DNA of 64,000 nt from the human T2T-CHM13v2.0 reference genome, Homo sapiens, in assembly GCF_009914755.1 (NCBI RefSeq), contig NC_060934.1; one strand, given 5' to 3'. Shown here piece after piece: positions 53,079 through 64,000 of this stretch. Position numbers and translations under genes: made by a program. Position 1 is the first letter of the stretch. The number at the start of each line of letters is the position of its first letter. The notes below the pieces were generated by a model, which was not told where the DNA came from, made no database searches, and was given only the letters and a program-made list of their open reading frames with translations.

Positions 53079-54891
53079 TCTTGAACATTTGTCAGTCTAA
53101 TAGATGACAGTGATGAGTGTTGTAATCTGTTTAAATTTGCATGTTTGAATATTACGGGTGTATTAACGATCTGTGGTTCATCTTGGTGAATGCCCTGTTT
53201 GTATTCCTTCCCCATGTCTCCATTGAGGCTTCTGTTTCTTACCAATTTGTAAAGCTCTCTGCTTTTACATTTTAACATCTAAATTTTCTTATTTATCATT
53301 TGCATTTTTGTTTTTCTATATTATTTTTGACCTCCAGGAGTGTAATGTCTTTATGCAGTTAAATGTGTCTGTCTTTGCCTTTATAGTTTTGCTTTTGTTG
53401 TCATCTTCAGATAGGTCTCCCATCCTCAGATTTTTGCAGATATTTTTATAATGTATTTCCTTCTATTTCATGCTTTTATGATAAATTTGGATCCCTCTGG
53501 AACTTATTAAAGGCATGGACCTAACTTTTTTTTTTTTTCAAAATAAGTAGTTATTTGCCTCAATACATTTGTTTCATCTGGATTAAAACCACTATGATAT
53601 TCTTGGATCTGTTTCAAGATGTCCTACTCTGTTTTATGAATCTGCCTATCCCTGTAGCAGTAAAATGCTGTTGTTTAATTTGTCCCGATTTTGTTTAGGC
53701 AAGCCCACCCTCATTCCTGCTTTTTATTCTAATTTGATTATTTTTAAAAATAAACTCTAGGATTATTTTATCACATATAAAAATTTATGTTGGAAATTTT
53801 GTTGTAATTATCTTGAATTTGAAGATGAATTTGGAGGAAGAGAATTGGCTTCTTTAGTATTCTGGGTCTTTCATGCAAGTTCATAGTTAGCACGGGTTTT
53901 ACGAATGTATTATTGACTCTCAGTTATTTTACAACTTTGTTAACAGTGATAATGATACTTCTCTTTTAACTCATAAAATAAAAACAAATTACCACACTTT
54001 CTTTTTTTCCTTTTTTCTACCCACTTTTCAGTATTGAACTTTTGCATTCAGATAATTATTTCTATTATTGTATTATTAGATTGTCTTGCCTTGTTTTTTA
54101 ACTTTTAAGGTTTTTTGGAAGTTGTAATCAGTTCCATTATCATGTTAAAACTACTTAGAGATTAACTCTTGAATTTTTGTAGTTCCCTACCATCCGTATT
54201 TTACATGATTAATCCCCTTTTCAGCTTATTCAAGGTCATCTTTGAGTGATTTTCCTTTAGAATGAATATAGGTTGGTATAATTTTAAATAACAAAAATGT
54301 TAGCTTGGTGCCAATATAATTTCCCTCAAAACTTTGTAGATGATGCTCCATTATGTCTCAGCATTTAGTATATTTGAGGGCAAATTGATTTACTATTATT
54401 AGTAATAGTAGTATAAGTAATTTACTTTTGTTCTCCCAGTCTAGATGACAGGAATATTTAACATTTTCACACTAGTATGTCTATGTGAAATATGTATTAT
54501 TATTATAATTATTATAATTTGGCAGCTGGGGAGTTCATTCCCCATATAAACTTACCTTTAAGGGGAAGACAAATTCTTTAGCTTAGAAAACTTCTTTTGC
54601 CAATACTCTTTCTCTGCGTGCTTGTGGGATTCCTGTGGTGCACATGTTGAATTTCCTGAAACTACTTCCATACATGTTCACTTCCTTTTATCACATTTAT
54701 CTTTTTACTCTTTAGCTTTAAAATCTGGGGGAAAATTATCATAGACTATTTCCAGTCTATGGATTTTCCAATATACTCTTTGCTAGTTTCTTTATTGAAA
54801 GACAACACACACATTCTGTTGCCATCCTTTAAATTCCCTTTGCATAGATGAATGTCTTTTGTAGCATTGAGAGGGGAACGCAGACACCCTC

Positions 54892-55530
54892 TGTGGTGGA
54901 CAGACCCTAGAGTGGTCCCCTGTCCCTGCCTGTATAATCCCCTCCCCTTGTGTGAGGACAGGAACCATGTCTTGCTTTTATCCCATAGAGTATGGCAAAG
55001 GTGTTGGGGTGTCATGTCCGTGATTCAGTTACACTATTTGGTAAAGGTAAGGAGACAGCATTTCTCCAATCCTGCGTGTGTGTGTGTTTGTGCACACACA
55101 TGCATGTGTGCATCCTGGCTTTGTTAGCATGCACTAGAGAGATTCTCATTGCTGGTTCTGCAGAGGCAGACAGCTATGTGTGAACATCCTATGGGAGGGC
55201 TACACACTAGGGCAGTGTGGGTGGCCTCTGGGACCTGAGGGCGGCCTTGGACCAGCAGCCAGTAAGGAGCTGAAGTCCTCGATTCAGCCACAAAGAAATT
55301 GTTTCTGCCCACACATGAGTGAGCTTGAAAGTGGATTCTCCCCTGATTGAGTCTCTGGATGAAAACACATCCTTGACAGTGCTCTGCCTGCTGCCTTGTG
55401 AGACGCTGAGCAGAGGACCTAGGAAAGCCACACTCAGACCATGACCCACAGAAAAGGTAAGTGATGAAGCGTGTGTTGTTTTAAGCTCTTGAGTTCATGG
55501 TACTGTTACACAGCAACAGAAAACTAACAT
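54892..55530 (+). mobile_element. MLT1E-family MaLR LTR
   Basis: tgtggtggacagaccctagagtggtccc...tataatcccctccccttg...gtgagcttgaaagtggattctcccc...tgttacacagcaacagaaaactaa. Confidence 0.8.
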
Positions 55531-55684
55531 ACTCCCTAAACTTCTCTGCTATCCCTTGAGTTTCCTAGGTGAACACTTACTCTGATTTTTCAGGTTAGTC
55601 TAATTTTTTGAAATAAGAAATCTTTTCATATACCCAGTGACATGGACTATTCTGGAAGTAATGGACCCTATGAAAATATTCTAG

Positions 55685-56835
<1,151 letters not shown>

Positions 56836-58300
56836 GAATTATTCAGGAAAGTTTCTTCAGAGATGCCCTGAAATACTTTGAAATAAATTTTTAAAGATGA
56901 AAAAAAAAAAAAAATAAAAAAATAAAGAAAATGACAATGCATTCAGTTAACAGGCACAGCTTCTCTGATTAGGGGCATGGAGGCCCTGTTCCACACTGGG
57001 GTTAGGGCCTCTAAGATCCTGCTTCTGTGGACTGCACCATCCTGCGGTCACCTCCAGGAACTGTGTGGCAGCCTGGCTGCTCTTTTATCTCAAGTTTCCT
57101 GGGCCCTGGGCCCCGAGCTAGCCCAGACCATAGTGGGAAGCTCAGGCTGGATGGATGAGTGGCACCCTCTACCCACTCCCCAAGTGCCTGAACCACACCT
57201 CACATACATTCTACATCAAAGTCGGTAGTGTTTAAATGACACCCCTTCCTATTTTCTATCTTGGGCAGACTTTCTCCCATTTTTCTATTCCTTTGAACAT
57301 CTGAACATTAAATGCATGGAATCGGTTCAGTCACCAGGCAGATATTCTTTAAACAGTAGAATGTAAGAGAGATGTAGATAGCCATCTTCATTTGGATTCT
57401 CTAAATTCTTGGAGAGGGTATAGCAAATGGAAATGGATTCTCTCTGGTGGTTCAATATGAACGTGTGAGTAAGAAATGTTCTAAAACTTGCAGGGCAAAT
57501 ATTATCATGTTAATGATTTTCTAAATCTAAATAGTCAATCCTGTCTAAATCTCACCCATGGACTATGACAGATCACCTGGTCACATTTTGGTCATCTCTT
57601 CCACCAAGAGAAGCCTCCATGCAGCCGGTCAGTCTTATGTCCTCACCATTGCTTGTCCTTTTGGGTGCCCACATACTCTTGAAATTGGGGCTTTTCCCAT
57701 CTCCTGGGCTGTGAGTGGGTATTTGTGAAGTCTTTCTGATATGCAGAGCACTTCTTTCTCCTACCCCATCCCCCATCCTTTTCATTTGCCTCTTTCTGGG
57801 CTTTTTGGCTCTCTGGCAGATGAAAGAGACTATCTCTTATCTCCAACATCTGTGAAATATTCCAGACACTCTTCTTCTCTTTGCAGTCCTCAAAAAGACA
57901 TTTAGGGTGGGGCCTGTCTTATTCATCCACTTAAGAATACTGCCTCCTTCCTTTCTCTCTAAGGTTGCCTGACTTTGGTTATTCCCCTAATGGCTTTAGC
58001 CTTACAAATAAAAGCCAGGATGAAGGTCATCTTCTGTGTTGTCCTGAAATACAGAATAAAGATAGGGTGCCACCTTGGCTGAAGTGGGGACAGCCCTCCA
58101 GACCAGGGTCCAAGAACAGGGGCGGGGGCATGGGGGCCCCTTGTGAAATGCCTGCCTCTGCTTCACAGAGAGGCGAGTGCAGGCTGAAAAGCAGCATTTT
58201 GGAAACTTTATGCATATTTGACTGAGTAATTTTATATCTGTGGAATTTAAAAATTAAAGCGTATTTTATATATTTTATGTCTTTTTAGTGTTTCTAGTGA

Positions 58301-58762
<462 letters not shown>

Positions 58763-59104
58763 TGAAAACACCAGTTTCTATTAATACAGCATCCTATTGG
58801 CCAGTTGGCCACCAGTTGAATTGAAAAGAAAGAATGGTTCAGAAAACCACCAGGAATGAAAGCATCTTCACACAGTGACTGTTTCCACTTCCACAGAGGG
58901 ATGGTGGGTGAGACAACTGGAGCTTTGCTTCACTGGAGCAAACGACATTCTTTACCACTTGATTTTTTCTCAAATATGTCCTCATCCAAACAATATGATC
59001 GCATTTCTATAATACATTTCTTGAATCTTTGTATTATATAAAACAGAGTCAACAAATATATGTCTTGGTAATACATATATGTCTTGACTAAATAATATTA
59101 TATA

Positions 59105-59413
<309 letters not shown>

Positions 59414-59569
59414 TAAATTCCATATTTCATATAGCTTTAATCTCCAAAAACTAAGACATGCTCTCTTAGGTGATAAGTTAAAAGAAATTAGTTTCTTAAA
59501 TTGTTAATCAAGAAAAATTTAGTAAAAATTTTATCCTCATTATTACTGCTTAGATTCTTTGTATAATTG

Positions 59570-59834
59570 GCAACTTTCAAGGGAGCCATTTGAACTATTT
59601 TTCTTCAAACTCAGATTATTCATATTTTTCAAACTGTGCATTTGGTATTCCAGCTCAGGGCATAAGAGTTATTAAGACAATTTAAAATATGTTAAAAATT
59701 TTAAAAATCATAAAAACATGAAAACCAGCAGATATAATTGGTATATATTGTATAAAGGATAGTGGATACCAATGGCTGAGTAAAGACTTCAAAATATTTA
59801 GGTAGGGTTTAGATGTTTTCCTTTTGGCAACTAG
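59570..59834 (+). mobile_element. Probable ancient non-autonomous Helitron (Helitron-Mam type)
   Basis: caactttcaagggagccatttgaact... body recalled as Helitron3Na_Mam-like; ends in weak hairpin agggtttagatgttttcct then ggcaaCTAG followed by T; no TSD seen. Confidence 0.5.
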
Positions 59835-59967
59835 TAGTTGATGACTTGAAACTTTTTAATGCCCTAATATTAGAAAAAAGGGAATGTCCTACTTCATACT
59901 AATTCCTGCTCGTTGAGCCACTTACCTGAGCTGATACCAAAGGGATGCTGTGACTTCAGGTGGGGTC

Positions 59968-62374
59968 ATGGCAGCCATGGCATTTTCCAGTAGGAGGAGG
60001 GTGTGACTGACAGTCTCCTTGAAGGATGGTCTTGCCACACCTCAGGCTTGACCATGTAGCGTTACTGGGAGACTTTTTTTGAGCACAGTGATAATGTAAT
60101 GAGTATGACTTCCCCTCCAGAGGATGGGCCACATCTCTAAACCCCACTGCTGGAATCCCTGTCTCATCAGAGATCTGCTGGAGTCTCCTAGGCTATACTC
60201 ACTTAGAAATAAATCAGCATGAGTCTGGGCAGTCAGAACTTGTTCACAATGCTTTGGAGAGGACAAAAGGAAGCAAACTGACACCACGTTTCAGTTAAGC
60301 ATTTAAAATCAGCTCAAATCTAGTATTTCAACTTGGAGCTTAACCTGGGAGGGACAAAGCCTAGCTTGTCATCATGAGACAGGGTAGAAAATTCTCAAGT
60401 GATTTTCTAAACTTTCAAGATCATCGGGAGTCCATTGATCTGCTTTCCTCTCTCCTGTCCATCAGGAACAGTTTTCTGCTTTCTTATTAGCCTTGTCATT
60501 GAGTTCCAAGGAGACAAATACAGCAAATGCCTTCGTTACTTGTCTGGTAGCTAGAGGAGGCCAAGGTCATGGCGGATGTATGCTGGTGATTCCCTTTTAT
60601 GCTACAGTGAAAATGAGGAATATATAAACATATGCAGGTATTTCTTTAATTTGGGAAGCTTCCTTTCTATGCCTGAAAATATCCAGTTAATTCCATCTGT
60701 TCTGATGTACTTATATTTTATACAGACAGATGCATGGACATTTACCTGTTGCCTGGCCTTAGGTTGATAGGTTGCCAGGATGTGGACCCAACACCGGCTA
60801 AACTCTGCTTAGGTTTAAGCTTTAAGGTCACACTGAGAGAGTTAATGGTAGGTGATGAAGGAAAGAATCTCTGTGTCAATGTGTTCATCAGGATAAAGGA
60901 CTTAACCTTTGGTCAGATAAGATAGCATCTTTATAAGATGCAAATTCTGACACATTTACAAAGTCTGGTTGATTTCATATCCACTGAAATTTGTTTTTGC
61001 TTTCATGTCTGCTCAAGCAAGAGAGACACTAGTAGAAAGAAATCTTATCAGACTACAAGTTAGTTACTTTCAGTTCTAATAATTGTAGATTTCAGAGTAT
61101 CAATTTCTGGTGCTCTAAAGCATGTCCACCTTTTTGCTTCTACAAATTGATTAAGCTTTTTATTTGATATCACAGGAGCCTCCGGAGAGTTCTAACCTAT
61201 ATTTCAACCTTTGAAGAAATTCATACCCACAAGATATTTCTGCTGGACAATCTTCAAGGTCATTAATATAATGCTTAGAAATTTTCAGCCAAGAGTGAAT
61301 TTAATCAGCACCTTTCTCTGTGTATCTCTTCCTAGCATGATTCAAATATTGTTTTGCCTTTTACGTTCCTTAGGAAGTCAGCCTCCATTATATTTGTTTT
61401 GCATCTTTAAATGCAGGCAACCAAGGGGATTTTATGACAAAGTATGATAAAATTGATACCATAAAATAACATAAACTAACCAAGAAGTGTTTAAATGTTG
61501 ATGGAAGAAAGTTGAAGAATCATTTTTAGAGTTCTTTATATAGTTCTATCTACAAATACATCCCAGGAAGTTTGAAGAGAATTAAAAAATAGATGTAAAG
61601 GTCATATAAAAGCCACCATAAAATACGAAGACTTTGGTGAGGGGGAAAAGAATGATCTCTGTGATTTCCACTGTTGAAACAGTATGTTGTGCTGAAAGAT
61701 TTAGAGATGGCTGAAGCTATGCAGATGAAAATGTCTGGGTCACCTGTGTTGAATCTTTCATTGCACAGGATATAGTAATAAATAAAGTTGCTCACATTCT
61801 AGAGACCAGTTCATCAGTTAAAACAACCTAGGAAACACTGGAAGGTAAGGAATTAAATGTGAATTTGGAAAGTGAGAGACCATATTTTAATATATATGAC
61901 CATTCGTATTTCAGAGAATAGAACCTTACAGAAGATCTCAACTGCTGGGTTCTGATTGTGGGAGGAGCAAATACTTGAGAAAGTCACTATTTAAGCTACT
62001 TCAAGAAATGATCAGTCATTATGTTATGGGAAATAATTCAGAGTACTGCCTTCACCACTTAAATGTGTCACCTGACTCTTTTCAGATACTTCCAGATGAA
62101 AACAAACAAGGCTTAGAGAAAAATTACACATCAAAAACAACGTTGTTAATAAGCAAATTTAGATTTTAATTTCATCAACCTGCTGAAACAATAGCTCCTT
62201 CAAGTGATGTGATGATATGAATTAGTATCTTATGTGCCCAGACATGAATATTATGAAATAATTTGCTGACTGAGTCCATGAATCAAGTTCCCCTTCATCC
62301 TAATTCCATAGTCCCATCTGAAGACATTTCTTGAAAAAGTACTCCAGCAAAATGAACTAGAAGTTGGTATTTGA
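59968..62374 (+). pseudogene. Decayed intronless CDS (~800 codons), probable old processed pseudogene; parent not identified
   Basis: Kozak gcagccATGG (ATG 59977); chain of protein-like frames joined by frameshifts/stops (e.g. ISTVETVCCAERFRDG*SYADENVWV, ESERPYFNIYDHSYF) ending KVLQQNELEVGI* at 62374; AATAAA at 62401. Confidence 0.6.
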
Positions 62375-62424
62375 GAAAATAAGTAAGATGACCCCTTAAA
62401 AATAAAAAGTGGTTAAAGATAATT

Positions 62425-62768
62425 TATGTCTTTAGTGCTTCATTTTCTTTGAATAATAGAGATGTAGTAACATATAATCTCTGGCTATGAGTGGCATTTG
62501 CCTGTTTTTCCTTTTAGTTCTGTCAGTTTTACTAATGAATTTGGATAGTTTGTCATTAGGTGTAACCTATTTGGGATTTTTGTGTCTTCCAGATAAAGGA
62601 TGGGGCATTTTTTTTCATCGTGTAATGTCCTTCTTTATTCCTTGTGGTACTCTTTGCCTTGAAATATACTTTGATTTTAACACGGTCACACCAGCTGCCT
62701 TATGCTTGCTTTTAACACAGAATACCTCTTTCCTTTCTTTATAAGACCATATCTTTATATTGAAAATA
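62425..62768 (-). mobile_element. Ancient L1M fragment
   Basis: tttttccttttagttctgtcagtttt...ttatcattaggtg-like segment, gtaatgtccttctttattcc...ctttgccttgaaatatactttg typical of antisense L1 EN region. Confidence 0.55.
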
Positions 62769-62770
62769 TA

Positions 62771-64000
62771 AATGGTTGGTGCAAAAGTAATTGCGATTTC
62801 AGACCATGAATTTTAAATCATTTTAACTAAGCTGAAACACATCTTTATTAATCAAAATAGAAACCATTACAATCAACACATTTTTGCCAATGAGAAATAA
62901 GTTTGTTTATTCCTGTAGCATACAAATCCATGCTCCGGAATTTGATGAACTCTTGGAAAGCATTTTCTGCATGCTGCTGGTTGTGGAAGCGTTTTTCCCT
63001 CCAAAAAGTTGCTGAGATGCTTGACGAAGTGGTAGTCAGTTGGTGAGAGGACAGGTGAATATGGAGGAGGATGCAATACTCTGTAGCCCAATTCGTTCAA
63101 CTTTTGAAGGGTTGATTGCATTGATGTGCAGTCGGGCGTTGTCGTGGAGAAGAAATGGGCCGTTTATGTTAACTAATGCTGGCTGCAGGCATTGCAGTTT
63201 TTGATGCATCTCATCAATTTGCTGAGCATACTTGTCAGGTGTAGTGGTTTCACTGGGATTCAGAAAGCTGTAGTGGATCAGACAGGCAGCAGACCACCAA
63301 ACAGTGACCATGACCTTTTTGGTGCAAGTTTGGCTTTGAGAAGTACTTTTGAGCTTCTTCTTGGTCCAACCACTGAGCTGGTCATCGCTGGTCGTCCTAC
63401 AAAATCCACTTTTCATTGCACGTCACAAATCAATTGAGAAATGGTTCATTGTTATGTGTAGAATAAGAAAAGACAACACTTCAAAATGATTTTTTAAAAA
63501 TTTTTACTCAGCTCATGAGGCACCCACTTATGGAGCTTTTTTATGTTTCCAATTTGCTTTAAATGCCAAGTGACCATAGAATGGTTGATGTTGAGTTCTT
63601 GGGCAACTTCTCATGTAGTTGTAAAAGGATCAGCTTCAATGATTGCTCTCGGTTGTTGTCAACTTCTGATGGCTGGCCATTACGCTTCTCATTTTCAAGG
63701 CTCTTGTTGCCTTAGCAAAACTTCTTGAACCACCAGTGCACTGTACCTTCATTAAGAGTTGCTGGGCCAAATGCGTTGTTGTTGTTGTGAGTTATCTCTG
63801 CTACTTTGCGACCCATTTTGAACTGGAATAAGAAAATTGCTTAAATTTGCTTTTTATCTAACATCACTTTCATAGTCTAAAATAAATGTAAATTAAGCAG
63901 CAAGTAATAAGTCATTAGCAAAACATAAAGTGAGAAATGTGCATGGAAATGATGTATCATGTGACCGCATTTATTTAAGATTGTATTCCAATATCAAATG
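62771..64000 (-). mobile_element. Hsmar1 mariner DNA transposon, near full length (runs off the window end)
   Basis: TIR ggttggtgcaaaagtaattgcg (62774-62795) preceded by TA (62769-62770); transposase remnant on - strand. Confidence 0.95.
62848..63873 (-). pseudogene. Disrupted Hsmar1 transposase
   Basis: MKVMLDKKQI* start, KWVPHELS, VTCNEKW, KKVMVTVWWSAA, LLHDNA, PPYSPVLSPTDYH, GSYFD-like end; in-frame stops and frameshifts. Confidence 0.93.

Larger units (their letters stand above)
51240..54850 (-). mobile_element. Ancient L1M fragment(s) interrupted by the TCTA array
   Basis: ttgccagaagtgaaattgc...gccaaaatgcc before the array continues as tttgtcagtctaatagatg...aatttgcatg after it; T-rich antisense ORF2-like sequence follows. 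Confidence 0.6.

Noticed and set aside
59570-62374. Helitron-mediated capture of the adjacent decayed CDS
   Set aside because: The CDS lies outside (3' of) the CTAG terminus and has its own poly(A) signal; adjacency is more simply coincidental
62848-63873. SETMAR gene or active transposase
   Set aside because: Multiple stops and frameshifts, no SET-domain exons, third catalytic residue is D (transposon type), and a TIR is present

Overview
Primate (human-like) nuclear DNA: it carries AluY/S/J, L1PA2-type, THE1 and Hsmar1 elements. I found no intact protein-coding gene, RNA gene or CRISPR array, and I cannot name the locus. The left and middle parts are mostly unique non-coding sequence. They include a CpG island (~8.5-9.8 kb) with TATA/CCAAT/FOX motifs and clustered splice signals inside a long TE-poor stretch, which suggests a developmental-gene regulatory landscape or a lncRNA promoter. 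The right end (49-64 kb) is insertion-rich. It holds a 1.5-kb hierarchical (TCTA)n array with a ~600-bp higher-order duplication, and a 5'-truncated L1PA2-like element with a probable 3' transduction. It also holds a probable ancient Helitron, a decayed ~2.4-kb intronless CDS whose parent I could not identify, and a near-full-length dead Hsmar1 transposon retaining a SETMAR-type TIR site. Nothing here amounts to a demonstrably new biological system; the best leads are the unidentified decayed CDS, the L1 transduction and the structured TCTA array. Repeat subfamily names come from recalled consensus features, not database searches, and boundaries of old repeats are approximate.
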